A program made the translations under genes and the position numbers. Shown here one piece after another: positions 1-9,171 of a stretch of DNA of 57,759 bases (positions are counted from its first letter, which is position 1; every line of letters begins with the position of its first letter). This DNA is from Candidatus Eiseniibacteriota bacterium (GTDB taxonomy: Bacteria; Eisenbacteria; RBG-16-71-46), in NCBI GenBank assembly GCA_031364505.1, contig JANLWK010000222.1, positions 1 through 57,759 on the forward strand, read 5' to 3'. The notes under the pieces are model-generated. The model was not told the origin of the DNA and did no database searches. It worked only from the letters and a program-made list of their open reading frames with translations.

Positions 1-46
1 AACGGGATTTTGAGTCCCGCGCGTCTGCCAGTTTCGCCACTCCGGC
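1..46 (-). tRNA. tRNA-Leu(CAA), 5' portion only (truncated by window edge)
   Basis: Reverse complement of 1-46 reads GCCGGAG-TG-GCG-AAACTGGCAGA-CGC-G-CGGGA-CTCAAAA-TCCCG-TT. This gives the acceptor strand, D arm and anticodon arm with anticodon CAA. The long D loop is typical of class II tRNA-Leu. The variable arm onward lies outside the window. Confidence 0.8.
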
Positions 47-201
47 ACGGAGCTAAGCGCCTTGAGGGGGCGAGGCTACCTGATTCGCGGGCGGCGCGAA
101 ACACACCTTGTCGTTCAGGCGACATGGTTTGGAACATCTTCTGCACGTTGTCAGGAGTGTCTGGCCGATTTAGCGCACCCCGACCGTTGCGGGAGGCAAT
201 C

Positions 202-507
202 ATGTGGCTCGAACTCGATCCGAGTGAGCTGGAACTGGTGCTCGGCATCTTCGAATCCGCTCATCGCGAGCGGCTGCTCCAGGTGCATCGTGCGGACTCG
301 GTGCGGTTCCGCTCGCGGCTTGATCGCGAGGCGGTGATGATCGAGCGGGTGCACGACCGGTTGTCCGAGGCGATTGCGGCGCCCGCGGCGATGCATGCGG
401 ACGACGCGGTGGATATCAGCGCGGAAGATTCGTTCCCGGCCAGCGATCCGCCGGCGCACGGGTCGTCCGCGACGTCGTCACGCCGGAGCCTCACGTCGCA
501 CGACTGA
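202..507 (+). CDS. hypothetical small protein (101 aa)
   Basis: ATG at 202 is preceded by GGGAGG (191-196). Third-position GC is high. No recognisable family. Confidence 0.55.
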   Translation: MWLELDPSELELVLGIFESAHRERLLQVHRADSVRFRSRLDREAVMIERVHDRLSEAIAAPAAMHADDAVDISAEDSFPASDPPAHGSSATSSRRSLTSHD

Positions 508-541
508 AGGGCCAAGCCTGTTCGGTCGCGTTCGGGGCGTC

Positions 542-1156
542 TCACCGCGCCGCGTCGTCGGGGGCGCGGCGCATCACCTCTGCGCGGACCTGAGCGAGGA
601 GGTCGCGGGCCGACTTGCGCAGGGCGCCGCGGCAGAGGGCGCGCGCCACGGCGGCCCGGGGCTCCGCGGTAAGGTGGTATTCGACGTGCGTGGAGGTCGA
701 GTCGTCGCGCACGAGCCACTCACCGTCATAGGCGGCGAAGTCCCGGGCGGCGACGTCGTGGAAGGCGATGCGCGTGCAGGGCGTCTCCTCCAGGGCCAGC
801 AGGACCTGCATTCGCTTGCGGAACACGAACACGCCGCCGACGGCGTCCTGGCGCAGCAGCACGCGGCCGTCCGGTTGGCGCTCCATGCGGCTCGCGCGCA
901 CGGCGCTGACGAAGCGGCCGATCCCCTCGTAGTCGGTGAGCACGCTCCAGACCACGCCGGGTTTCACCGGAGCGTCGAAGGAGCCCGCCACCTGGCAGGC
1001 GCCGCCCAAGGCGCTCAATTCGATCACGACCTGCCCCCGGGCAGGTTCGTTCGGCGATGCTGAACCGGACGTGACCCACAGTGCGATCGTGATCGCGGTG
1101 GCCATCGCGCGGCGGCCGAAGCCGCCGCGCTCCTGGCTGTTCGTACGCCCGCTCAT
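542..1156 (-). CDS. SRPBCC (START/polyketide cyclase-dehydrase-like) family protein with N-terminal signal-like segment
   Basis: C-terminal 204 aa of ORF 542..1597, starting at ATG 1156 (MSGRTNSQ...). The sequence pattern (VWSVLTDYEGIGRFVSAV...VEYHLTAEP) is typical of SRPBCC ligand-binding proteins. The upstream part of the ORF is Arg-rich junk. Confidence 0.75.
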   Translation of the reverse strand: MSGRTNSQERGGFGRRAMATAITIALWVTSGSASPNEPARGQVVIELSALGGACQVAGSFDAPVKPGVVWSVLTDYEGIGRFVSAVRASRMERQPDGRVLLRQDAVGGVFVFRKRMQVLLALEETPCTRIAFHDVAARDFAAYDGEWLVRDDSTSTHVEYHLTAEPRAAVARALCRGALRKSARDLLAQVRAEVMRRAPDDAAR

Positions 1157-1179
1157 CGTGCGCTCCGTGCGCGTCGTCG

Positions 1180-2571
1180 TCAGAACGACACGACGGCTTC
1201 GAACATCGCGCCGTTGAACTTGGCGCCGTTGCGGATGTCGCTCGCGGGAAAGTCGTAGTACTTCTGCTGCACCCACTCGAGCTTGGCTTCGAGGTTGTTC
1301 GTCAGGAACCAGCCGGCGCCGGCCTGCGTGCGGTCGACCTTCAACTCCTGCGTGATGCCCTGGAGCTTGCCCTTCGCGACCCCGTACCGGCCGACGACGT
1401 AGACCTGGTTGTCGAACAGCCGGTACAGCCCCTCGCCGGCGTACTGCTTCCACGTGCGCTTGCTCGCCTCGTTCGCGGCGCGGCCCCGGGCCTCCTCGAT
1501 GTTGCCGAACAGCTCGAGCCCGTGGCACTTGATGAACGGGTTCACGACCCATGCGCGCACGCGGTTCGAGAATCCGGGCCGCACGTCGCCGGACCACGCC
1601 TGCGCGGCCTCGGTCGCGCTGGGGTTCTCGAGCACGTAGTAGTAGCGGGATCCCGAGCGGCTGCCCGTGTAGAGCGTGTTGTTGATGGAGCCGTTCGACA
1701 GGTACATCGATCCCGTCAGGCGCGCGCGCAGTGTCGGCTTGAGCTGCTTGTCGACGCCGAGCTTCGCCATGTAGCTCGGCGACCGCTGCTCGGGCTTGGT
1801 GACGTTGCCGCGCACCTCGCCGCCGGTCACCGCGACCATACCGAGCAGGTCGTGGCCGCGGAGGTAGGCTTCGCCGCCGATCTCGGTCGTGAAGGCGTCC
1901 ATCAGCAGGTTGCCGACGAGCGGGTTCAGCATCGCCTGGCCGTTGTCACTGCGACGGAAGTGCATGTCGCCGTAGTTGATCTCGAAGTGTCCGACGCGCA
2001 GCGTCAGCACGTCGAACAGCCGGTCCAGCGTCGCGTTCTCCCAGGGCGAGCCGTCGATGAGCAGATAGCCGTCCTTGACCCACGTCTCGTTGTGGTGGCG
2101 GCTGGACAGGTAGCTCGTGAGCGCGACGCGGATGCCTTTGGCGAGCTGCGCGTCCATGTAGAGGTTGGCCTCGGCGTTGTTGAACCCGGAGCCGATGCGG
2201 ATCGGGCGGTTCACGTCGACGCCGCTCACCACGTTCGGCGTGGCGCCGTTGGTGTGTCGCAGCGCCTGGAACTGCTGCGTGAACGCGGCACCCCACTCGA
2301 GCGCGAAACCCTGGTACGCGGCGCCCTCGTCCTTGGGCGGCTCGAACTGGTTGAGGCTCCGTGCGTCGTGCGTGCGGAAGTGCGACAGGCCGGTGGTGCG
2401 CAGGAGCGCGCGGCTCGTCACCGGCACGGCGGCCGGATTGAGCGGCTGCAGCGACGTGTCGGGTGCCACGGCGTCCTGCGCGGCGACGGGCGCGACGAGA
2501 GTTGCGAGCAGTGCCGCGACCAGCGCGACACGAGCGGTGTTGCGGCGGCCAACCTGCGTCAGCGAATGCAT
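1180..2571 (-). CDS. outer-membrane beta-barrel porin-like protein
   Basis: ATG at 2571 is preceded by AAGGAG (6-nt spacer). Signal peptide ...LVAPVAAQD. Alternating beta-strand pattern. Terminal ...AVVSF with C-terminal Phe, typical of OMPs. An alternative ATG at 2595 overlaps the upstream stop (ATGA). Confidence 0.8.
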   Translation of the reverse strand: MHSLTQVGRRNTARVALVAALLATLVAPVAAQDAVAPDTSLQPLNPAAVPVTSRALLRTTGLSHFRTHDARSLNQFEPPKDEGAAYQGFALEWGAAFTQQFQALRHTNGATPNVVSGVDVNRPIRIGSGFNNAEANLYMDAQLAKGIRVALTSYLSSRHHNETWVKDGYLLIDGSPWENATLDRLFDVLTLRVGHFEINYGDMHFRRSDNGQAMLNPLVGNLLMDAFTTEIGGEAYLRGHDLLGMVAVTGGEVRGNVTKPEQRSPSYMAKLGVDKQLKPTLRARLTGSMYLSNGSINNTLYTGSRSGSRYYYVLENPSATEAAQAWSGDVRPGFSNRVRAWVVNPFIKCHGLELFGNIEEARGRAANEASKRTWKQYAGEGLYRLFDNQVYVVGRYGVAKGKLQGITQELKVDRTQAGAGWFLTNNLEAKLEWVQQKYYDFPASDIRNGAKFNGAMFEAVVSF

Positions 2572-2591
2572 GGAGTTCTCCTTGACCATGG

Positions 2592-3260
2592 TCATTGCCC
2601 TGCGCGGGGCGTGGCAACGGCTTCGCCGGCCCCCGCGACGATCAGCAGTCGATAGTGAACGGTGACGCGATCCCCGACACGCATCGTGCCGAGCATCAGC
2701 GTCGGCGGCTTGATGCCGTACTCGCTCATGCGCAGGGCATACGAGCCCTCGACCCACACGCCGGATCCCGACCGGATCGCGCGCGCATCGAGCGTGATGG
2801 GCTTCGAGACTTCGGCGATCGTGAGCGTGCCCGTGGCATGAATCGTGGTGGTGTCGGCACGCGTCTCGAGCACGGGCGGCGCGGCGGCGAGCCGGAACAC
2901 CACCTCGGGGTAGCGGTCGGCCTTCATCGCCTTCCGGAGGTTCTTGTCGAGGGCCGCCTTGCCGGAGCGCAGACTCGCGACCGGCACGTGAACCACGATA
3001 TCTCGCAGCCCGCCCGATCCGAGCAGCCGGACCCATTCGCCGCGTGTGGCGGCGGAGTCACGCCGCGCGTCGATCCTGACCGCCTTCGAGTGGGCCGTGT
3101 ACTCGTGGATCGTCGACGTGCCATCGATCCAGAGATCGCTGCCCGGCCCGAGCGTCACGGCTGAGGCGTGCGCGGCCGTGTCGGCCGCGGCCAGGATCGG
3201 CGTGATGACCATTGCGGCGATCAACGCCATAGTGCGCAGACAGGTTGAGCGATTGGTCAT
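2592..3260 (-). CDS. YceI-like (polyisoprenoid-binding) periplasmic protein
   Basis: 222-aa ORF with signal peptide. YceI-like pattern (GTSTIHEY...LDKNLRKAMKADRYPEVVF...ATGTLTIAEVSKPITL). Its start overlaps the USP stop (ATGA at 3257-3260). Confidence 0.85.
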   Translation of the reverse strand: MTNRSTCLRTMALIAAMVITPILAAADTAAHASAVTLGPGSDLWIDGTSTIHEYTAHSKAVRIDARRDSAATRGEWVRLLGSGGLRDIVVHVPVASLRSGKAALDKNLRKAMKADRYPEVVFRLAAAPPVLETRADTTTIHATGTLTIAEVSKPITLDARAIRSGSGVWVEGSYALRMSEYGIKPPTLMLGTMRVGDRVTVHYRLLIVAGAGEAVATPRAGQ

Positions 3261-3730
3261 GACGGTCCGTCCTTTGGGTCATCCGCCGTCTGCGGGCCCT
3301 TGACGACGAGAACGCTGCACGGCGCGTGGGTCACGAGATGGCTCGACACGCTGCCGAGCATCAGCCGGGCGATACCGGTGCGGCCGTGCGAGCCGACGAC
3401 CAGCAGGTCGGTCCGCTCCATCCGGGCGGCATCGAACAGTACCTCGCGGGGGTCGCCGATCAGCACGCGGCCCTCGGTGGGAAAGCCGGATTCGCGGAGC
3501 GCCCGCTCGGCGGACGCCACCAGCTCCTCGAGCCGGCGGCGCTGTTCATCCAGCAGCTCGGCCGCCACGATCGGGATGTCGAGACCGTTCGTGGTCGCGG
3601 CCCCGATGCCGACGGGTTGCATGACGCTGGCGACGACGACGCTGCTGCCGGCGGGCCAGCGCATCCGGCGCACGAACGCGAGCGCTCGCTCCGAGTGCGG
3701 CGACGCGTCGAGTGCGATGAGAATCCTCAT
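3257..3730 (-). CDS. universal stress protein (UspA family)
   Basis: Start ATG 3730 (MRILIALDASPHSERAL...) preceded by AGGAGG. C-terminal G-x2-G-x9-GSVS ATP-binding motif (VGSHGRTGIARLMLGSVSSHLV). Confidence 0.88.
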   Translation of the reverse strand: MRILIALDASPHSERALAFVRRMRWPAGSSVVVASVMQPVGIGAATTNGLDIPIVAAELLDEQRRRLEELVASAERALRESGFPTEGRVLIGDPREVLFDAARMERTDLLVVGSHGRTGIARLMLGSVSSHLVTHAPCSVLVVKGPQTADDPKDGPS

Positions 3731-3832
3731 GAGGCCACCTCCTTTCGTCTGCACCCAGCATCGACGTTTCAGGGATAGGGCATCTATGGGACTCATCGGG
3801 ACCTCAGGCTACGCCTTTGGTAGCATGGGTGC

Positions 3833-4672
3833 ATGCCAGCCCCGATGAAACGAACCGCCCGGCCATCGCCCGCGGCTCGCGCCGGGAAGTCCGGCCGGCG
3901 CGTTCGCGCGGCGCGTCCTCGATCGGCACGGGTGAGCGTGGTGATCGCCGACAGCCAGGCGATCGACCGCGGCGGGCTGGTCGAGCTGCTCGAGGCGGAG
4001 TCCGACTTCGACGTGATCGGCGAGGCCGCGACGGTGGCCGAGGCGATCCAGCAATGCCGGGCGCTCGGCCCCGATGTGCTTCTGCTGTCGCTCAACCTAC
4101 CGGGGCAGGAGCAGGCGGCCGCGATCCCGACGATCCGCGAGGCGCTCGCCACGCTCCGCATCGTCGCCCTGTCCGAGCGGGGCGTGTCGAATTGCCTGGT
4201 ACTCAACCCGCCGTACCGCCAGCAGTCGGCGGCCGAGCTGGATCTCGTGTGCGCAGTCGGCGTCGACTGCCTGCAGCTCGCGGTGGCACAGGGCGCGATG
4301 GCGACGGTGCGGCGGAGCGCCGATCCCGAAGACCTGTTCCGCGCGATCCGCAACGTGGCCTCCGGAGGCGCGTGGTACGACCCGACGACGGCGCGCGGCA
4401 TCATGTCGGCCACGGCGCCCCAGTCGGGCCCCCAGGGTCCGAGGTCCGGCCGCGACCCGAACCGGGCGATCCTGTCGCCGGGCGAATCGAAGGTCGCGGC
4501 GCTGATCGCCGAGGGCCGGTCGAACAAGGAGATCTCGACCGCGCTCGCGATCAGCGAGGCGACCGTGAAGAAGCACGTCGGCCACATCCTCACCAAGCTC
4601 GGTCTCGCCGACCGGCTGCAGGTGGGCCTGCTGCTCGCCCGCAACCCGCTCGTGCTCAAGCCACGATCGTGA
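3833..4672 (+). CDS. LuxR/NarL-family response-regulator-like protein with Asp-less (pseudo) receiver domain
   Basis: C-terminal LuxR HTH (LSPGESKVAALIAEGRSNKEISTALAISEATVKKHVGHILTKLG). The N-terminal CheY-like fold has Ser in place of the phospho-acceptor Asp (DVLLLSLNLPG) and a roughly 35-aa insertion. The start may instead be an internal Met or GTG. Confidence 0.8.
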   Translation: MPAPMKRTARPSPAARAGKSGRRVRAARPRSARVSVVIADSQAIDRGGLVELLEAESDFDVIGEAATVAEAIQQCRALGPDVLLLSLNLPGQEQAAAIPTIREALATLRIVALSERGVSNCLVLNPPYRQQSAAELDLVCAVGVDCLQLAVAQGAMATVRRSADPEDLFRAIRNVASGGAWYDPTTARGIMSATAPQSGPQGPRSGRDPNRAILSPGESKVAALIAEGRSNKEISTALAISEATVKKHVGHILTKLGLADRLQVGLLLARNPLVLKPRS

Positions 4673-4768
4673 GCGTACGCTGCATCCGCACGCGGTGATG
4701 GATGCCAAGTCGGTTAGTATGGCCGGCGGCTCTGGCTCGTCCGTGGTCGCTTGCAAAAGGAGTCCGTC

Positions 4769-5350
4769 ATGATGAAGCGCCTGATCCCCCTGTTCCTGCT
4801 CGTCGCCATCGGGCTGCCGATTGCCGGGCCGGCGTTCGCTCGCCGCGTCGTCGTTCGAGGCGGCGTCGGCCGCAAGCGCACCGTGGTCGTCGTCCACCGC
4901 GGCTGGCCGGTCCGCCGCTCGCTTCGCGCGGTCTACGTCCACCCGGTGCGGGTGGCGCCCCGGGTCACGGTCCTCCGCTACGGCCGGCCCCTGATGTTCA
5001 CGTCCGCCCTGATCGCCGTCGACGCCCGCCCCGCGGCCGACCGCATCGCGTGGGAGGACGCCGAAACCCTGTCGAAGAACGAGGACTGGACGGAGTTCAC
5101 GCTCAATTGCGACGCTCGCGGAAAGAAGCTCTGGCTCGACATCACGGCGGGCAGGATCCAGTTCGACTGGGCCGAGATCGTGTTCGAGAGCGGTGATGCG
5201 CGGGTCGTGGACTTCGCCGAGAAGACGCACGGCGAGGGACTCTACTCGCTGCTCGATTTCGCCGACGGGCGCAAGGTGGACCACGTCCGCGTGGTGGCGC
5301 GCGCCAAGTCGGAGACGGCCCGCGTCGCCCTGCGCATGGAGAAGGAATAG
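4769..5350 (+). CDS. hypothetical secreted protein
   Basis: ATG 4769 is 7 nt after AAAGGAG. Signal peptide MMKRLIPLFLLVAIGLPIAGPAFA. No confident family assignment. Confidence 0.65.
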   Translation: MMKRLIPLFLLVAIGLPIAGPAFARRVVVRGGVGRKRTVVVVHRGWPVRRSLRAVYVHPVRVAPRVTVLRYGRPLMFTSALIAVDARPAADRIAWEDAETLSKNEDWTEFTLNCDARGKKLWLDITAGRIQFDWAEIVFESGDARVVDFAEKTHGEGLYSLLDFADGRKVDHVRVVARAKSETARVALRMEKE

Positions 5351-5391
5351 CGGCCCGACCGCGGCTTAGGGCCTTGGGAGACCCAACGACG

Positions 5392-6936
5392 ATGGACGCG
5401 AAGTTCCTGGACCAGATCCAGCAGGCGTACCCCGCCGGCGGCGAGACGATCACGCTCGGCGCCCCGGTGCTCGACGGCGAGTGCCATCCCCAGTCGCTGA
5501 TCCAGCTGCCGGTGTCGATGATGAACCGCCATGGCCTGATCGCGGGCGCCACGGGAACCGGCAAGACGAAATCGCTCCAGCTCATCGCCGAGCAGCTCTC
5601 GACGAAGGGCGTGCCGGTGTTCCTCGCCGACGTCAAGGGTGACCTGTCGGGGATGGGGGTCGCGGGCACGACGAACGACCGCGTGGCGCAGCGGTCGAAG
5701 GACACGGGCTGGAACTGGGCGGGTACCGCGTTCCCCGTCGAGTACCTGAGCCTGACGGGCCAGGCGGGCGCGCAGCTTCGCGCCACCGTCTCGTCGTTCG
5801 GGCCGCTGCTGCTCGCCAAGGTGCTGAGCCTGAACGAGACGCAGGCGAGCGTGCTGGCGCTGGTGTTCAAGTACTGCGACGACCGCAAGCTGCCGCTGCT
5901 CGACTTCTTGGACCTGCGCGCCGTGCTCCAGCACCTGACGGGCGAGGGCGCGGCCGATCTCAAGGACTACGGCGGTATGTCCAAGGCCACCGTCGGCGTG
6001 CTGCTGCGCGAGATGGTCGAGCTGGAGCAGCAGGGCGCGGGCGCGTTCTTCGGTGAGCCCGAGTTCGACCTGGCCGACCTGATGCAGACCGAGCGCGACG
6101 GCCGCGGGCTCGTGAGCATCCTCGAGCTGCAGGACGTGCAGGACCGGCCAGCGATGTTCTCGACCTTCATGATGTGGATGCTGGCGCGGCTCTACCACGA
6201 GCTGCCCGAGGTCGGCGACGTCGACAAGCCGAAGCTCGTGTTCTTCTTCGACGAGGCGCACCTGCTGTTCGATGGCGCGAGCAAGGAGTTCCTGGCGCAG
6301 GTGCAGCAGGTCGTGCGGCTCGTGCGATCCAAGGGCGTCGGTGTGTTCTTCATCACCCAGAGTCCGAAGGACGTCCCGGCCGACGTGCTCGGCCAGCTCG
6401 GCAACCGCGTGCAGCACGCGCTGCGCGCATTCACGCCGGACGACGAGGCCGGGCTCCGGGCGGCGGCCCGCACATTCCCGAAGACGGCGTTCTACGACAT
6501 CGAGAAAACGCTGCAGTCGCTCGGCATCGGCGAGGCGCTCGTCACCGTGCTGTCGACGAGCGGCGTGCCCACGCCGCCGGTGGCGACGCGGATGATCCCG
6601 CCGGCCTCGCGCATGGGCCCGCTCACCGGCCCCGAGATGGCGCAGCGCCTGTCGGCGTCGCAGCAGGTGAAGGAGTACGCGCAGGCGGTCGATCGCGAGA
6701 GTGCCCGCGAGATGCTCGCGGCGAAGATGACGGCGGACGCCGGGGACGAGGCTTCCGCGAAGGCGGGGAAGGCCGCGCCCGCGCCGGCCCCCAGTGGCCT
6801 CGATGCGCTGGCGGGGGCGCTCAACTCGCCGATCGTCAAGACCATCGCCGGGCGCGCGACCACACAGGTGCTGCGCGGCGTGATGGGCGCGCTGCTCGGC
6901 ACGCCGGCGCGCCGCCGGCGCCGCAGCATCTTCTAG
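5392..6936 (+). CDS. HerA-like / DUF853 family P-loop NTPase (YjgR-like)
   Basis: ATG 5392 follows GGGAG. Walker A GATGTGKTKS. Walker B-like KLVFFFDEAH. Length and layout are typical of DUF853 ATPases. Confidence 0.85.
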   Translation: MDAKFLDQIQQAYPAGGETITLGAPVLDGECHPQSLIQLPVSMMNRHGLIAGATGTGKTKSLQLIAEQLSTKGVPVFLADVKGDLSGMGVAGTTNDRVAQRSKDTGWNWAGTAFPVEYLSLTGQAGAQLRATVSSFGPLLLAKVLSLNETQASVLALVFKYCDDRKLPLLDFLDLRAVLQHLTGEGAADLKDYGGMSKATVGVLLREMVELEQQGAGAFFGEPEFDLADLMQTERDGRGLVSILELQDVQDRPAMFSTFMMWMLARLYHELPEVGDVDKPKLVFFFDEAHLLFDGASKEFLAQVQQVVRLVRSKGVGVFFITQSPKDVPADVLGQLGNRVQHALRAFTPDDEAGLRAAARTFPKTAFYDIEKTLQSLGIGEALVTVLSTSGVPTPPVATRMIPPASRMGPLTGPEMAQRLSASQQVKEYAQAVDRESAREMLAAKMTADAGDEASAKAGKAAPAPAPSGLDALAGALNSPIVKTIAGRATTQVLRGVMGALLGTPARRRRRSIF

Positions 6937-6941
6937 CGTCG

Positions 6942-9122
6942 ATGGCGGGAGGGCGCGGCAAGTCGCCGCGGCGCCACGCCGCACCCGTGGCGTCACGCGG
7001 AGACTCAGGCGTCGCGGCACGCGGCGTTGGCGCGGCGGCGAGCGGCATCGAGCGTCCCGGGGGCTCGCTCGACTCGGGCCTCGTCGCGTGGCTCGGGCTC
7101 GGGCTCATTCTCGCCGCGACCGTCATCCTTTATATCCCCGCGCTCGGCACCCAGTTCTTCGCCGACGACTTCCTGTTCCTGGACCAGGTCCGCGGGCGAT
7201 CGCTGTGGGAGTCGCTGCGCGCACCCGATCCGCTGAGCAACTTCTTCCGTCCCGTGAGCCGGCAGCTCTACTTCTGGGCCGTCGCGGGGCTGACGCACGA
7301 GTCCCCGGTCGCATTCCGCATCGGCAACCTGATCACGCTGCTCGTGTGCGTCGTCCTGCTGCACCGGCTGGTGCGCCGGCTCGCGGGTGAGCGCGCCGCG
7401 CTGATCGGCGCCGCGTTCTTCGCGCTCAACTACGCCGCCGACGTGCCGGTGCGCTGGGCGTGCGGCAGCCAGGAGTTGCTCGCCGTCGCCGGCGCGCTCG
7501 CGGCGATCCTGCTCCACGTCTCGGGCCGCCGCGTGGCGGCCGGTGTGGCGATGCTGTTCGCGGCGCTGTCGAAGGAAGTGGTGCTGCTCACGCCGCTCAT
7601 CGCCATCGTCGCCGATCACGCGCCGAACGAGCGCTGGTCCACGACCGCGCGCCGCGCGTGGCCGCTCGCGGGGGCGGTGCTGGTGTGGGGCGCGGTGTTC
7701 CTGTCGATGCCGCATCGCCGCGCCGCGCAGGCGACCGAGGTCGAGTTCGATCTCGTGAGGAGCCCGATCTCGGCGGTCGTCCATCTCCTGCAGGTCGTGG
7801 GTGGGATCGAGTGGCGCATCGGCGGGTTCGGCGCGCTGCCGCGCGCCGTGCCGCCGTTCGTGCCGCTCGCCGCGGCCGTCGGCGCCGTCGCCCTCGCGTG
7901 GAACGCCGGCAGTGCCTCGTGCGCCCCGGCGGAGTCGCGACGGCGCAATGCCCAGGCGCAGCGGGCGCACGTGCTGCGGACCGGGGCGGTGTGGATCCTG
8001 CTCGCGACGGCGCCGGTGATCGCGGTGGCGCTGCTGTGGAGCGCCTACTATTACCTGTTCGCGATGTGCGGTGTGGCGCTCGTGCTGGGCGTGCTGCTCG
8101 CGCGCGCGCGCGCGTGGGTCACGTGTGCCGTGCTCGCCGTGCTGGCGTGGGGCTCAACCAGTGCGCGCGACCTCGACGAGTTCGGCGTGGGCCGCGATCC
8201 GTGGACACCGGCGTCGCACATCAACCGTGCCTACATCGAGCGCTCGAACCGTGTGACCGCGAGGTACCTCGCATCGCTCCATCGCGCGGTGCCGAAGTTC
8301 CCGCCGGGGAGCACCGTGTTCTTCGGCGGCCTGATGGGCAACGTCGCGTTCCAGCGCGCCGACGGACCGCTGCTGCGCTGGGCGTACCGCGACAGCAGTC
8401 TCAAGTCCCACTACCTGACCGCGTTCTCGAGCGAGACCGCGCAACCGGGGCCGCTCTATTTCTTCGTCGGGTCGGGCGATACGCTGTCACAGCAGGTGGG
8501 GTCGAGCGACAAGATCTACCAGTGGGTCGCCTTCGGCATGATCGTCAGCGACCAGGCGAAGGGAGCCCGCGACGCGCTCGACGTGGCGCTGAGACGCGTG
8601 CCGGGTGACCGCGAGGCCGCCTACTGGATCGCATGGGTGAATCTGGGCCTGGGGGATCGCGCGGCGGCGATGCCGTACCTGGCAGCGGCGGGCTACGCGA
8701 CCGCGGGCCTAGGTGGCACGCCACCCGGCGAGCGCGAAGCCGTGCTCGCGCAGGTCGCCGCGGGCGACACGGCGGGCGCGGTGGCCCGCATGCGCGACGC
8801 GACGCGCGCGCGTCCGCTCGATGCGTCGGCGCACGCGTTGCTCGCAGACCTGCTGCTGATCCGGGACCACCAAGACCCCGACGCGGCGATCGAGGCTTAC
8901 GCGGCGCGCGTACTGACGCCCGAGGAGCCGTACGGCTGGCGTCGATGGGCGATGATCCAGGCCTCGACGGACCGGACGCTCGAGGCGCTTTCGTCCTTCA
9001 ACCGTTACTTCAAGCTCGGGGGCCAAACCGCGGCGGCGGATACCGAAGCCCACCAATACGCCGACGCGATCCGCAACTCGATCCCGCGCGGCTCGGTGGA
9101 TCCCGAGGTCATGCCGGAGTAG
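6942..9122 (+). CDS. TMTC-like polytopic membrane protein (GT-C fold candidate) with C-terminal TPR repeats
   Basis: ATG 6942. The N-terminal motif FFADDFLFLDQ...FFRPVSRQLYFW...HRLV resembles the DUF1736/TMTC family. About 9 or more hydrophobic helices are followed by a TPR-like C-terminal third. Confidence 0.75.
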   Translation: MAGGRGKSPRRHAAPVASRGDSGVAARGVGAAASGIERPGGSLDSGLVAWLGLGLILAATVILYIPALGTQFFADDFLFLDQVRGRSLWESLRAPDPLSNFFRPVSRQLYFWAVAGLTHESPVAFRIGNLITLLVCVVLLHRLVRRLAGERAALIGAAFFALNYAADVPVRWACGSQELLAVAGALAAILLHVSGRRVAAGVAMLFAALSKEVVLLTPLIAIVADHAPNERWSTTARRAWPLAGAVLVWGAVFLSMPHRRAAQATEVEFDLVRSPISAVVHLLQVVGGIEWRIGGFGALPRAVPPFVPLAAAVGAVALAWNAGSASCAPAESRRRNAQAQRAHVLRTGAVWILLATAPVIAVALLWSAYYYLFAMCGVALVLGVLLARARAWVTCAVLAVLAWGSTSARDLDEFGVGRDPWTPASHINRAYIERSNRVTARYLASLHRAVPKFPPGSTVFFGGLMGNVAFQRADGPLLRWAYRDSSLKSHYLTAFSSETAQPGPLYFFVGSGDTLSQQVGSSDKIYQWVAFGMIVSDQAKGARDALDVALRRVPGDREAAYWIAWVNLGLGDRAAAMPYLAAAGYATAGLGGTPPGEREAVLAQVAAGDTAGAVARMRDATRARPLDASAHALLADLLLIRDHQDPDAAIEAYAARVLTPEEPYGWRRWAMIQASTDRTLEALSSFNRYFKLGGQTAAADTEAHQYADAIRNSIPRGSVDPEVMPE

Positions 9123-9171
9123 CGGGCGGTCATCACGTCGCGGCGGTGGCGGGCGAACGCCGCGCGGGCCG

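Noticed and set aside
5392-6936. HerA-like DUF853 ATPase as a defence-system ATPase (HerA-Sir2 or HerA-DUF4297 type).
   Set aside because: No Sir2, nuclease or DUF4297 partner is adjacent. The architecture matches the widespread stand-alone YjgR family.
5242-7020. 592-aa minus-strand ORF antisense to the DUF853 ATPase gene.
   Set aside because: Extremely Arg/Ala/Gly/His-rich, with no motifs. This is the typical shadow ORF of high-GC DNA. The plus-strand gene has clear Walker motifs.
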